DNA of 41,007 bases. Origin: a bacterium. GTDB lineage: Bacteria > Bacillota_I > Bacilli_A > RFN20 > CAG-826. Of this stretch, positions 25,915 through 35,491 are shown one piece after another; position 1 is the first letter of the stretch, and each line of letters opens with the position of its first letter. Both the position numbers and the translations under genes were made by a program. Under the pieces are notes generated by a model. The model made no database searches. It was given only the letters and a program-made list of their open reading frames with translations, and was not told where the DNA came from. The stretch is from assembly GCA_019421105.1 (NCBI GenBank), contig JAHZFY010000001.1, positions 3,357 to 44,363 of the forward strand. Reading direction: 5' to 3'.

Positions 25915-27449
25915 TATTTAAAGTCCTCCTCATTTTTAACCGCATTGGATTTTGAATAGAATACTAATGAAATAAATGCGACAACGCAGAAGATTAAAAC
26001 ACCTAAGACTGAAGCTAGACCATAATCTTTATAAGCGTTAGTCATTGTCAATTTATAAATCCATGTAATTAATAAGTCAGTTTCACCAACACCTTGTAAG
26101 TTTGGTGGGGCAGAAGCGCCATTGAATGTGAACATAGGTCCACCTTGAGATAATAAGTAAATGACATTGAAGTTATTAATATTGCCAACAAATTGAGAAA
26201 TTAAATATGGACCAGTGACAAATAACATGTATGGAAGAGTAATTTTCATGTACATTTTTGAAGGAGAGGCTCCATCAATTTTTGCTGATTCATATAAATC
26301 TTCAGGAATATTCATCAAAATACCAGTACAAATTAGCATGGTATATGGAATACCAATCCAGGTATTAATTACGATAATAACAACTTTTGTAAGAATTGGG
26401 GATTCTAACCATTTAATTCCTTTTTCAATCAAACCGATTTGTATCAAAAAGTTGTTAACAAAACCTAAATCTTTATTTAAAAGACGTGACATTAATAATA
26501 AGGAAACAAATGAAGGGACAGCAATAGTGGTAATTAAAATTGTTCTCCATAATTTTTTAAATTTAATGTTCTTTTGGTTGATTATTAAAGCAACAATCAT
26601 GCCTAAGAAATAGTTAGAGAATGTAGCAAAAAATGCCCAAACTAATGTCCAAAGTAAAACTTTTAAAAATGTAGTCAGGAAGATGTTATTACTACTTCCT
26701 CCTCCAGTAAAGATATTTGAATAGTTAAAGAAACCAACCCATTCAAATAAATATGCAGGAGTTTCGTGGTTGGAGTTATAGTTTGTGAAACCAATTAAAA
26801 TCATGATGATAATTGGAATGATAGTGAAAATTAAAACTCCAAACATTGGAACACTTAGCAATAAAACATGATAAGAATTGCCAGTTAATTCTCTTTTAAA
26901 ATCTTCAACGGATGAATATTTTCCAACTTTCTCCATGTCATATAATTTTTTAGCGGCTCTAATAGAAGATAACCATAAAACCAACATGAATAAGCATAAA
27001 AATATGGTAACCATTGCGTAAATCAAAGTTAGCATTGAATTATCATGGTATTGATAAACAGGAATGCCTAGTTCTGGATCAATACTTTCAATCATCCCGA
27101 GCATACCAAGATTTCCTAACGAAAATAAAACTTGGCCGCCAGTTAAAACCATATAAGTAATAAATGCTATTTCGTATGCTAAGACAGCTATACCTTTTAT
27201 TACTTGATGTCTAGTAATTTGACCAAAACCACACAATATAAACGAAAGACGCACTTTCCAATCCCCATAAATAAGTGCGTTATATAAATCTTTAAATGGG
27301 ATAAATGCTTTTTTCAAAAGATCTTTGCCGAATATAGGCAATTTGCAAAAAAATTTATAAATAGCAACTGGGATATTTTTGAAAAAAGAACCTATTTTTA
27401 CAAGCATTCTTTTAGGCTTGCTTAATGATAAATATTCAACAGTTGTCAT
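25914..27449 (-). CDS. Maltodextrin ABC transporter permease (MalF type, extended N-terminus)
   Basis: 511 aa, about 8 TM. EAA loop LYESAKIDGASPSKMYMKITLPYM. SD GAGGTGA. One-base overlap with the MalG-type gene. Confidence 0.85.
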   Translation of the reverse strand: MTTVEYLSLSKPKRMLVKIGSFFKNIPVAIYKFFCKLPIFGKDLLKKAFIPFKDLYNALIYGDWKVRLSFILCGFGQITRHQVIKGIAVLAYEIAFITYMVLTGGQVLFSLGNLGMLGMIESIDPELGIPVYQYHDNSMLTLIYAMVTIFLCLFMLVLWLSSIRAAKKLYDMEKVGKYSSVEDFKRELTGNSYHVLLLSVPMFGVLIFTIIPIIIMILIGFTNYNSNHETPAYLFEWVGFFNYSNIFTGGGSSNNIFLTTFLKVLLWTLVWAFFATFSNYFLGMIVALIINQKNIKFKKLWRTILITTIAVPSFVSLLLMSRLLNKDLGFVNNFLIQIGLIEKGIKWLESPILTKVVIIVINTWIGIPYTMLICTGILMNIPEDLYESAKIDGASPSKMYMKITLPYMLFVTGPYLISQFVGNINNFNVIYLLSQGGPMFTFNGASAPPNLQGVGETDLLITWIYKLTMTNAYKDYGLASVLGVLIFCVVAFISLVFYSKSNAVKNEEDFK

Positions 27450-27467
27450 ACGCTCACCTCTATAAAA

Positions 27468-27495
27468 ATCTTCTAGGGAAAAATCCCTAGAAGAT
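27468..27495 (-). terminator. Intra-operon stem-loop / partial terminator between the SBP and permease genes
   Basis: Perfect 11-bp stem ATCTTCTAGGG (27468-27478) with CCCTAGAAGAT (27485-27495) and a 6-nt loop. On the minus strand TTTTTAT follows, then the SD of the MalF-type gene. Confidence 0.65.
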
Positions 27496-27511
27496 ATAAA
27501 ACTAAAAATTA

Positions 27512-28774
27512 CTATTTAGAAGCTTCAACTGCTTCGTTTAGTGTTTTTAATGCAGCAGCCATGTTATCAGGAGTAATTTCGCCTTTTTCGATACCTTCAG
27601 TGAAAGTAACAGGAGCGGACCAAATTTTACCTGGAACAGCTGTTTGTGGAACTGCAAATTCAGCTTGAGCGCTAATAGCTGCAACTGCGATATCGCTCTT
27701 AACTTCTTCTTTTGCGGCTACAACTTTATTTGTTGGAGCTGTTGAGAAAGTTTCAAATCTTTTCATTTGAACTTCTTCGGAACATAAATATCTTGCGACG
27801 TTATGAGCAGCTTTTAATCTAGCGTTGTCACCAGCACTGACTTGTGGGTTGACACCATAGTTTTTATAACCTAAGAAAGAGGATAAGTTAACTGTTTCAC
27901 CATCAACTGTAACTGTTGGTAATTTTGTAGCAGCAAAATTATCACCCATTGCTTCTTTATAAGCAGCAGCATTCCAAGAACCACCAACACATGCAACTAA
28001 GCCATTAGCTTCAATAGGAGCTGCTTGTGTATCTTGCCAGTTTGGATTTGTCATAATTTGATAGATTGCATTACCTGCTTTGACGCCTTTGTCTGTATCA
28101 AAGTCTGCTTCGACAGATGTAACAACACCAGCATCATCGACACTTAAATTGTATCTAGCACCAAATGAGAATAATGCACCAGCAGAATAGAAAGCTGTTT
28201 TTAATGGATAAGCGACTTTTAATCCTTTTTCGCCAGCTTTTGCTAAAAGACCTTCAATTGTTGCAGTGTCTTCTAATGTGACTAAAGATTTGTTGTAGTA
28301 TAAGAAGCAACCATTATCACCAGCATATGGATAAGAAACCATTTTGCCAGCAAATGTAGCAGCGTCGACTGCGCCTTCTGTCATTGTGTCTTTGATGAAA
28401 TCTTTGTATTCACCTGCGACAGTTGCCAATGCATTCTTTTGATACAATGGCATGATTTTGTCTGATGCATAAGCATAGACGTCTGGTCCTGTTTTCCAGT
28501 CTGCGATTTCAGAGTCAACTTTGTCTTCACCATGTGCAACAAATTCAAATTTAATTTCTTTTTCGCCATTTGCAACACGCTCTTTGTTGTAGTCTGCTAA
28601 AACGCCTTGTAACCATTCTTGTTGGTTTGCTGGACCTGAAATAGTCATGGTGCCAGAATAACCATCACCTGTTGCAGGAGTAGAACTACCATCTGTTGGA
28701 CCACAAGCTGCTAAAACGCCAACCAACAATGTTGCAACGCCAACCCCTGTAAATAATTTTAAATTCTTTTTCAT
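27512..28774 (-). CDS. Maltodextrin/sugar-binding lipoprotein (family-1 SBP, MalE-like)
   Basis: Lipobox LAAC (MKKNLKLFTGVGVATLLVGVLAAC). 420 aa. Noticeably higher GC than its neighbours. First gene of the ABC operon. SD AAGGAGG. Confidence 0.8.
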   Translation of the reverse strand: MKKNLKLFTGVGVATLLVGVLAACGPTDGSSTPATGDGYSGTMTISGPANQQEWLQGVLADYNKERVANGEKEIKFEFVAHGEDKVDSEIADWKTGPDVYAYASDKIMPLYQKNALATVAGEYKDFIKDTMTEGAVDAATFAGKMVSYPYAGDNGCFLYYNKSLVTLEDTATIEGLLAKAGEKGLKVAYPLKTAFYSAGALFSFGARYNLSVDDAGVVTSVEADFDTDKGVKAGNAIYQIMTNPNWQDTQAAPIEANGLVACVGGSWNAAAYKEAMGDNFAATKLPTVTVDGETVNLSSFLGYKNYGVNPQVSAGDNARLKAAHNVARYLCSEEVQMKRFETFSTAPTNKVVAAKEEVKSDIAVAAISAQAEFAVPQTAVPGKIWSAPVTFTEGIEKGEITPDNMAAALKTLNEAVEASK

Positions 28775-28797
28775 ATAAACCTCCTTGAAAAACGAAT

Positions 28798-28826
28798 TTA
28801 TATAATAATATTGCTATTATTATCAA
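28798..28826 (-). promoter_or_regulatory. Candidate promoter of the maltodextrin operon
   Basis: On the minus strand: TTGATA (28826-28821), a 16-17 nt spacer, then TATATA/ATATAA. This sits ~25-30 nt upstream of the SD. An inverted repeat TAGAT-N6-ATCTA lies just upstream. Confidence 0.35.
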
Positions 28827-29084
28827 AAAATAGATGTAAAAATCTACACCATTTATTTAAGGATTAATATCAAACTTGTTCATTAAAAAGTAATAATCAG
28901 TTTAGATACAAAGTTGATCGCAATATCAATCCCCATATCGATTTTTACGAGTTAATTCTAGCACTTATCTTATAAGTATACTAGTAAAAAAATCCTTTGT
29001 GTGCTCGAAACACACACCTACTGGCATAACAAAATCATAAAAAAACAACACTTATTCAAACTTTTTATGGCATGGGTTTTTTCG

Positions 29085-29114
29085 TTGTCAAAGATTATTT
29101 TTACGTTTTATAAT
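29085..29114 (+). promoter_or_regulatory. Sigma-70-type promoter, TTGTCA-18 nt-TATAAT
   Basis: -35 at 29085-29090 and -10 at 29109-29114. ATG 29123 is only 8 nt downstream, with no SD. Confidence 0.5.
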
Positions 29115-29122
29115 ATAAAAGT

Positions 29123-29599
29123 ATGGAAAAAAAGACTATTGTTTTTAGGTGTATTAGTTTATTATTTATCACTTTATCTTTAATTTTAGCGTGTCTTTTT
29201 TTGGTGTTTTCTTTTACTAAGGCTTATGAAATTAATCTTTTTTTGCATAGGTTGTCTTTAATTGTTCTAACATCGTTTTGTTTAATCGAAATTGTTTTGA
29301 TATCTATTGGTTTTAAAAAACCATTAATGCTACAAGACATCGTTTTTGAACACAATGGTGATTTTAATAAAGTGGGTCTAACTGTTAGCATATCCGCAAG
29401 CGTAGTTGGAGTCGCTTTATTCATCCCCTCTTTAATTTGGATGTTTATTGATGTCAGTGCGCAAATGTATTTTGCTGCCTTTTTAATATTGCCATGCTCA
29501 GTATTATTGCTAGCCAATTGTGGTTTATATTTTATTTATATGAGCATGTTTAAAACAAAAGAACTCACAATTGATTACTTATCAAAAATACATAAGTAA
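29123..29599 (+). CDS. Integral membrane protein of unknown function (158 aa, ~4 TM)
   Basis: Hydrophobic ORF directly downstream of the promoter, ending 16 nt before the neopullulanase start. Confidence 0.55.
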   Translation: MEKKTIVFRCISLLFITLSLILACLFLVFSFTKAYEINLFLHRLSLIVLTSFCLIEIVLISIGFKKPLMLQDIVFEHNGDFNKVGLTVSISASVVGVALFIPSLIWMFIDVSAQMYFAAFLILPCSVLLLANCGLYFIYMSMFKTKELTIDYLSKIHK

Positions 29600-29615
29600 T
29601 GTAAAGGAGATTATT

Positions 29616-31334
29616 ATGGATAAATGTGCTTTATTACATATCCCAGATTCACAATATTGTTTTGCTGTGGATAATAACAAAATCTTTGTAAGATTTAGAA
29701 CTAAGAAAAATGATGTAAAAAAAGTTCAATTGATTTACAATGTGTGCCATCGTTTTCAAAAAGATAGATTCATAAAGGACATGAAAATCACAAGAAGCGA
29801 TGAATTATTTGATTACTACGATACTACTATCGAATTTGATATCCCATCTTTTGCTTATATATTTAAAATTATAGATTTAGATGATAAAGAATATTTTTAT
29901 AGTGAATATGAATTGAGCGATACCTTTAATTTTGAGATGTCTGGTTTAATGGCGTATCGCTTCCCATTTATTAACGACACAGATATTGTAAAAGTTAATC
30001 AAAAATTTAAAGGTGATGTGTTTTATCAAGTTTTTGTTGAAAGATTTTGCAAAGGAAATGATTTTAAAGAACAAAGTTATATTAATGCGAATTGGGATAC
30101 TAAAGATTTAAAAAGAAATGATCCAAATTTTAAAACAGGTGTCTTTATCGGTGGTGATTTACTTGGTATCGCTTCAAAACTTCACTACATTAAAAACCTT
30201 GGAGTGGACACGATATATCTCACACCTATTAATAAAAGTAGATCTAATCATAAATATAATGTAGAAGACTATTATTTGGTTGACCCAATGTTTGGCAGCA
30301 ATGAAGATTTGAAGTTTTTGATTGATGAGGCTCATAAAAAAGGGTTAAAAATCGTCCTAGATTTAGTCTTTAATCATACCGCAGGCAATCATCCATTCTT
30401 TTTAGATATATTAAAAAATGGTAAGCAATCAAAATATTATGATTTTTATTGTTTTAAAGACGATAAATTAAGCGATGGTTTAAATTATTATACTTTTGCA
30501 TCCAATGCTTATATGCCAAAAATTAATACTTCTAGTAAAATTGCTCAAAATTACTTTATTGAAGTAGGAAAATACTACATTCAAAAGTATCACATTGATG
30601 GTTTTAGACTAGATGTTGCTAATGAGGTCAGCCATGATTTTTGGAATGTATTTAAAAAAGCTTTGCTTGAAGATGATCCTAATATTCTTTTAATTGGTGA
30701 ACACTGGGACAACGCTAATGAGTATTTAAAAGCAAAACAAATTGATGGGAGCATGAATTATGGTTTTTATACGATTTGTTATAACTATTTTATTAATAAA
30801 ACAATGGATAATAAGACCTTTGTAGAAAGATTGAATTGGTTGTTAACAAGATATAAAGAAACCACTAATCATATGATGTTGAACTTATTGGATAGCCATG
30901 ATACTCCAAGACTATTTGATAAAATGAACAACAATAAAGATTTATATTTAAATGCACTCTTATTGATGATTATGTATGTTGGTTATCCAATGATATATTA
31001 TGGGGATGAAATATTCATGTTAGGTGGAGCGGATCCATATAATAGAAAAGGAATGGAATGGGATAGTGAAAATTTTAATTCTTATCACCATGAATTATTT
31101 AAAAAGGTCGTCAAATTAAGAAAATATGACGCCATAAAAGAAGGCGATATTAAAATTGATTTTGAAGATAATTTAATTAAAATTACAAGGGATTACAAAG
31201 ATAAAAATATCGTTGCTTTAATAAATAATAATCCTTTTGGAATATCTAAAACAATTGAAGGCGAAATGGTGTTGAAAAATAACTATAATAATGGAGTTTT
31301 GCAACCTTATTCATTTATTGTGTATAAAATTTAA
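29616..31334 (+). CDS. Cytoplasmic neopullulanase / cyclomaltodextrinase / maltogenic amylase (GH13_20-like)
   Basis: Start set at MDKCALLHIPDSQYCF (ATG 29616, SD AAGGAG at 29604-29609). N-domain typical of cyclomaltodextrinases. GH13 regions YQVFVERF, DLVFNHT, DGFRLDVANEV, IGEHW, LLDSHDTPR. No signal peptide. Confidence 0.9.
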   Translation: MDKCALLHIPDSQYCFAVDNNKIFVRFRTKKNDVKKVQLIYNVCHRFQKDRFIKDMKITRSDELFDYYDTTIEFDIPSFAYIFKIIDLDDKEYFYSEYELSDTFNFEMSGLMAYRFPFINDTDIVKVNQKFKGDVFYQVFVERFCKGNDFKEQSYINANWDTKDLKRNDPNFKTGVFIGGDLLGIASKLHYIKNLGVDTIYLTPINKSRSNHKYNVEDYYLVDPMFGSNEDLKFLIDEAHKKGLKIVLDLVFNHTAGNHPFFLDILKNGKQSKYYDFYCFKDDKLSDGLNYYTFASNAYMPKINTSSKIAQNYFIEVGKYYIQKYHIDGFRLDVANEVSHDFWNVFKKALLEDDPNILLIGEHWDNANEYLKAKQIDGSMNYGFYTICYNYFINKTMDNKTFVERLNWLLTRYKETTNHMMLNLLDSHDTPRLFDKMNNNKDLYLNALLLMIMYVGYPMIYYGDEIFMLGGADPYNRKGMEWDSENFNSYHHELFKKVVKLRKYDAIKEGDIKIDFEDNLIKITRDYKDKNIVALINNNPFGISKTIEGEMVLKNNYNNGVLQPYSFIVYKI

Positions 31335-31335
31335 G

Positions 31336-31785
31336 CTATTTTACGAGTTTTTTAATTAATAAATCTAAAGCAGTTTCTAATTCGTTTAAAGTTTGATCAA
31401 AATTTTCATGATACCAAGGATCAGATATGATTCCTGGCAATCCTACATATTCATTTAAAAGATATATCTTATGATCTTCGTCTTTAAATCGGTGTTTAAG
31501 AGCGTGAAGATTTTCATAATCCATGCAAAGAATCAAATCAAAATTATCATAATCTTTTTGTTGAATTTGTCTTGCGATATGATTACTTGCATTTATCCCT
31601 CTTTTTAATAAATATGGATTCATTAGATGATATACTTTGGCTCCAATTTCATAAGCGCTTGTGGCTTTTGATTCACAATAAAAATGATTATCCAAATTTC
31701 TTTGTGCAATCATTTTTTTAAACATATATTCTGCAGAAGGGCTTCTGCAAATATTTCCTAAACAAACAAAAAGGATTTTAATCAT
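31336..31785 (-). CDS. Low-molecular-weight protein tyrosine phosphatase
   Basis: 149 aa. P-loop VCLGNICRS (C-x5-R-S). DPWY Asp loop near the C-terminus. Confidence 0.85.
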   Translation of the reverse strand: MIKILFVCLGNICRSPSAEYMFKKMIAQRNLDNHFYCESKATSAYEIGAKVYHLMNPYLLKRGINASNHIARQIQQKDYDNFDLILCMDYENLHALKHRFKDEDHKIYLLNEYVGLPGIISDPWYHENFDQTLNELETALDLLIKKLVK

Positions 31786-31786
31786 T

Positions 31787-32374
31787 CTAATTTGTCCAGC
31801 TCATTGCTCTTGATACTCTATATGAGCCAACAGCAATACAAGTTAATGAACCAACCAAACACATTGTAGCTACGAATTCCTTAGCGTCAAACGCAAAGTT
31901 TTTAGCATTGATACTAGAAATGATAACTAATACTATGTAAGCGAGTAAAGCAAAGGCGGCATAAGAAATAGATGCACCTGCTAAAACATAACCCAATAAT
32001 TTATGTCTAAAGAACAACAAAACAAATCCGACAACTACAATAAACATCCATATCATATTGGCGATGTTATTGATATAACCTACAGCTTCTTTTACCTCGT
32101 TATATGGCAAAGACAATTTAACGCTTCCATAAAGAGTAATTAAAAGTATTGATGGAGCAAGTGCGACGACTGTACCTTTTCCTCCAGGCATACCAAATAA
32201 AAAGAAACAATAAAAACCAATAACTAAAACTAATATAAAAATATTAGCAATTAACAACGAAAGATTGTCTCCTCCTAAGACTACATCTTGAAGAATGAAT
32301 TTGATAACTAACAATAGACCCGCCACATAAAACAAAATGTGTGCAAGTCCTATTTTTCTTTCTGAACTAGCCAT
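31787..32374 (-). CDS. Integral membrane protein of unknown function (195 aa, ~6 TM)
   Basis: SD AAGGAAGG. Its stop is 1 nt before the LMW-PTP start, so the two are probably co-transcribed. Confidence 0.55.
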   Translation of the reverse strand: MASSERKIGLAHILFYVAGLLLVIKFILQDVVLGGDNLSLLIANIFILVLVIGFYCFFLFGMPGGKGTVVALAPSILLITLYGSVKLSLPYNEVKEAVGYINNIANMIWMFIVVVGFVLLFFRHKLLGYVLAGASISYAAFALLAYIVLVIISSINAKNFAFDAKEFVATMCLVGSLTCIAVGSYRVSRAMSWTN

Positions 32375-32434
32375 ATGAATACCTTCCTTTATTAATTAAT
32401 ATTCTACACCATCTACGAAATTAATAAATATTAA

Positions 32435-32464
32435 TTAACACAGATAAACATTTAGTTTTATAAT
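32435..32464 (+). promoter_or_regulatory. Sigma-70-type promoter, TTAACA-18 nt-TATAAT, for the alcohol dehydrogenase gene
   Basis: -35 at 32435-32440 and -10 at 32459-32464. SD AGGAGG at 32477-32482, ATG at 32491. Confidence 0.5.
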
Positions 32465-32490
32465 GTCTATGTATTAAGGAGGAGCCTAAT

Positions 32491-33639
32491 ATGGCCAATA
32501 GATTTATTTTAAATGAAACTTCATATCATGGACAAGGCGCTATCAACGCAATTGGAAGTGAAATCAAATCAAGAAATGCGCATAAAGCATTCGTTTGTTC
32601 TGATCCAGATTTAATTAAATTTGGTGTGACAGACAAAGTCTTAAACGTTTTAAAAAACGAAGGCATTGAATATACAATTTATTCAGATATCAAAGCAAAC
32701 CCAACAATTGAAAATGTTCAACATGGTGTCGATGAATTTAAAGCAAGTGGTTGCGATATCATCGTTGCTATTGGAGGCGGTTCTTCAATGGATACTGCTA
32801 AAGGTATCGGTATCATCATCACTAACCCAGAACACTATGATGTCAAATCTTTAGAAGGCGCAGTTAATACTAAAAATAAATGCGTACCAATCATCGCTGT
32901 TCCAACAACTGCTGGTACTGCTGCAGAAGTTACAATTAACTATGTTATCACCGATTCTAAATTAAATAGAAAAATGGTTTGCGTAGATCCACACGATATT
33001 CCAGTTGTGGCTATCGTTGATCCAGATATGATGTCAACCATGCCAAAAGGTTTAACAGCCGCCACTGGTATGGATGCTTTAACTCACGCTATTGAAGGTT
33101 ATATTACAAAAGGTGCTTGGGAATTAAGTGATATGTTCCATTTAAAAGCAATTGAAATCATCGCAAGAAGCTTAAGAGCAGCAGTTAATAATGAACCAAG
33201 CGGAAGAGAAGGCATGGCATTAGGACAATATGTTGCTGGTATGGGATTTTCTAATGTTGGTTTAGGTATCGTTCACTCTATGGCACATCCTTTAGGTGCT
33301 TTATACGATACTCCTCACGGCATCGCTAATGCGATTATTTTGCCAACTGTCATGGAATATAATGCTCCTGCTACTGGTGAAAAGTATCGTGAAATTGCTC
33401 GTGCAATGGGCGTTAAAAATGTTGATGCAATGAGCCAAGAAGAATATCGTAAAGCTGCAATTGATGCAGTTAAACAATTATCAAAAGATGTTGGCATTCC
33501 AGCTGATTTAAAAGATATCGTCAAAGAAAAAGATTTAGACTTCTTATCCGAATCTGCATATGCTGATGCATGTAGACCAGGTAACCCAAAAGATACATCT
33601 GTTGAAGAAATTAAAGCTTTGTATAAATCTTTATTATAA
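32491..33639 (+). CDS. fucO: Iron-containing (group III) alcohol dehydrogenase, lactaldehyde reductase / 1,2-propanediol oxidoreductase-like
   Basis: 382 aa, near-colinear with my recollection of E. coli FucO. Shared stretches: MANRFILNETSYHGQGA, VAIGGGSSMDTAKGIG, PTTAGTAAEVTINYVITD, GMDALTHAIEGYITKGAW, GQYVAGMGFSNVGLGIVHSMAHPLGA, TPHGIANAIILP. Confidence 0.85.
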   Translation: MANRFILNETSYHGQGAINAIGSEIKSRNAHKAFVCSDPDLIKFGVTDKVLNVLKNEGIEYTIYSDIKANPTIENVQHGVDEFKASGCDIIVAIGGGSSMDTAKGIGIIITNPEHYDVKSLEGAVNTKNKCVPIIAVPTTAGTAAEVTINYVITDSKLNRKMVCVDPHDIPVVAIVDPDMMSTMPKGLTAATGMDALTHAIEGYITKGAWELSDMFHLKAIEIIARSLRAAVNNEPSGREGMALGQYVAGMGFSNVGLGIVHSMAHPLGALYDTPHGIANAIILPTVMEYNAPATGEKYREIARAMGVKNVDAMSQEEYRKAAIDAVKQLSKDVGIPADLKDIVKEKDLDFLSESAYADACRPGNPKDTSVEEIKALYKSLL

Positions 33640-33655
33640 TTAGGGCTAACGCTAT

Positions 33656-34705
33656 ATGGATAAGCAAGCAATATATAAAGATAGAAAAAAGCGTTTGATT
33701 TCTAATTGTGCTATTTTATCTATATTTTTTGCCATCTTAGTTACGTTCGTTTTAGTTATTTCATGGCTATATAACGATTCGTTTATATTTAATATTGTCA
33801 TAACTATTTTGATGTCGATATTAAGCTTATTAATGGTTTATGTAATCGTTATAAATCTATGCCTTAATCTTAACCTTTTTAAATATGATGAAAACGATGA
33901 TTATGATAAATGTATTCAATTATTAAATCTTTACATGCGAGTACCTTTAGTTTCTAAACAAAAATTAAATGCTGTTATCGCAAGTTATTATTTATACAAA
34001 GATGATTTAGAAAAATATAATCATCACTATTCATTAATAAACAACCCATCAATTTTAAAATCAGTTGGATTTTTCCAAACACTTGTTTTATTAAAACAAA
34101 AAGATTTTGAAACAGCTAAAAAGACATATATTGAATATAAAAATTTGTATATTAATAATAAGTCATTAGAAGTTTCTATTTCATTGCAAGCACTAAGATT
34201 ATTGTTTTTACAAATTGAAAGCGGCGAAGAAAAAAGCGAATTAGTCAATTTAAAAAATACCATCAACCTTCCTATTTTTAATGAAGCAGTCGATGATATT
34301 AAAGGACCGATTCGAATTGAATATGTTGAACCACAAATCGCAAATGATAAAGATCCAAAAAATAACAAATATTTGATACTATCTATCTCATTAATTATCT
34401 TATCTATTTTAAGTATTGTATTTACTTTATTTACGATGTTTATAATTTATTATAATGCATCGGCCACTAACCCTGATGTAAATCCATTGGGTGGTTCTTG
34501 GGTAGGATTTATTTATGTGATTTTGCCGATTGTATCAATAATTTATGGCATTATAAAAAAAGCATATAGTAAAAAATATAAAGTTGGTGCAAATATTGTT
34601 TTTGGCATTGTTTGTATGATTGCGGTTTTGATTTTAACCGCTACTGGATTTACTAAATTAGATGATACATCTTCTAGTTTGATTATGGTTTTAATGTTAT
34701 TATAA
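33656..34705 (+). CDS. Membrane protein of unknown function (N-terminal 2 TM, helical soluble middle, C-terminal ~4 TM)
   Basis: 349-aa ORF. Hydrophobic N- and C-terminal segments flank a TPR-like helical region. No SD. Confidence 0.5.
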   Translation: MDKQAIYKDRKKRLISNCAILSIFFAILVTFVLVISWLYNDSFIFNIVITILMSILSLLMVYVIVINLCLNLNLFKYDENDDYDKCIQLLNLYMRVPLVSKQKLNAVIASYYLYKDDLEKYNHHYSLINNPSILKSVGFFQTLVLLKQKDFETAKKTYIEYKNLYINNKSLEVSISLQALRLLFLQIESGEEKSELVNLKNTINLPIFNEAVDDIKGPIRIEYVEPQIANDKDPKNNKYLILSISLIILSILSIVFTLFTMFIIYYNASATNPDVNPLGGSWVGFIYVILPIVSIIYGIIKKAYSKKYKVGANIVFGIVCMIAVLILTATGFTKLDDTSSSLIMVLMLL

Positions 34706-34709
34706 ACGC

Positions 34710-35483
34710 ATGAAACATATTCAAGTTGGCATTTTACAATTCAATGTTTTAAAAAATGTTTTTGCCAATATTGAAATTATCGACAAATTAATCGGCACGA
34801 AAAATGCCGATTTATTTGTATTGAGTGAATTGTGTGATATTGGTTATTTGTTTAAGGATAAGCATCAATTATATTCTTCATCATTTAAAATCGATCAACA
34901 TCCTTTAATTAATTATTTAAAAGAAAAATCAAAAGTTAAACATTGTGCTTTTCTTTTTGGTTTTGTTCATAAAGATGGAAACTATGCTTACAATAGTGTT
35001 GGGTTTATTGAACAAGGAGAATTAAAAACGATATATCATAAAAAGCATTTAACCGATTATGAAAAACAATTCTTTTCTAAAGATGATAATGTCTACTCAA
35101 TTGTAAATATAGGTGGTGTAAATATTGGTATAAATATATGCTTTGATATATGGTTTCCTTTAGATATTCAACGATTACTTTTAGATGGCGCAGAGGTTAT
35201 CTTTACCGCTGCTAGTTTTGGGGGGTCTCAAACAATTAAAATATGTCAAGCTCGAGCCATTGAAAATCAAATTCCATTGATATTAGCAAATAGAATTGGA
35301 GAAGAAACAGGGGAATTTAAAGCCACATTTATAGGTAATAGTGGTATCATATCTAGTAAGGGTGAATTTATGGTTAATCTTAATAAAGCAAAAGATTGTA
35401 AAATATTTGATTTGAAAATTGACGAAATACATAATCCTATATGTAAAGACTATATTAATGAGATAAAAAAACAATATGAATGA
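34710..35483 (+). CDS. Carbon-nitrogen hydrolase (nitrilase superfamily) protein
   Basis: 257 aa. The E-K-C triad is placed as in the family: VLSELCD (Glu), YHKKHL (Lys), INICFDIWFP (Cys). Ends in TGA. Confidence 0.8.
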   Translation: MKHIQVGILQFNVLKNVFANIEIIDKLIGTKNADLFVLSELCDIGYLFKDKHQLYSSSFKIDQHPLINYLKEKSKVKHCAFLFGFVHKDGNYAYNSVGFIEQGELKTIYHKKHLTDYEKQFFSKDDNVYSIVNIGGVNIGINICFDIWFPLDIQRLLLDGAEVIFTAASFGGSQTIKICQARAIENQIPLILANRIGEETGEFKATFIGNSGIISSKGEFMVNLNKAKDCKIFDLKIDEIHNPICKDYINEIKKQYE

Positions 35484-35491
35484 GGTGGGCT

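Noticed and set aside
26215-26613. 132-aa plus-strand ORF from the track, together with similar embedded ORFs at 3702-3962, 5118-5303, 6729-7031, 7284-7490, 9898-10080, 17598-17810, 19129-19371, 21132-21353, 23672-23854, 23724-23909, 24871-25086, 28381-28578, 29224-29517, 32666-32854, 33315-33671, 34027-34368, 35283-35474, 37157-37339 and 39494-39679.
   Set aside because: All lie inside longer ORFs that carry strong family motifs, either antisense or out of frame. They have no SD, low-complexity or odd composition and no recognisable motifs. Such shadow ORFs are expected in AT-rich DNA.
28787-28801. TGAAAAACGAATTTA, checked as a possible catabolite-responsive element (cre) near the malE-like SD.
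   Set aside because: The central CG is out of register with the TGWAANCGNTNWCA consensus, and the right half-site is missing.
28985-29017. Hairpin TGTGTG-ctcgaaa-CACACA with an A-run on the plus strand (a T-run on the minus strand). I considered it as a leader attenuator or terminator upstream of the malE-like operon.
   Set aside because: The stem is only 6 bp. On the minus strand the T-run starts 5 nt after the stem, and no upstream minus-strand gene needs terminating. The evidence is too weak for a regulatory call.
29001-29183. 60-aa plus-strand ORF in the mal intergenic region.
   Set aside because: It begins upstream of the predicted promoter (29085-29114) and has no SD. It overlaps the better-supported ORF at 29123 in another frame.
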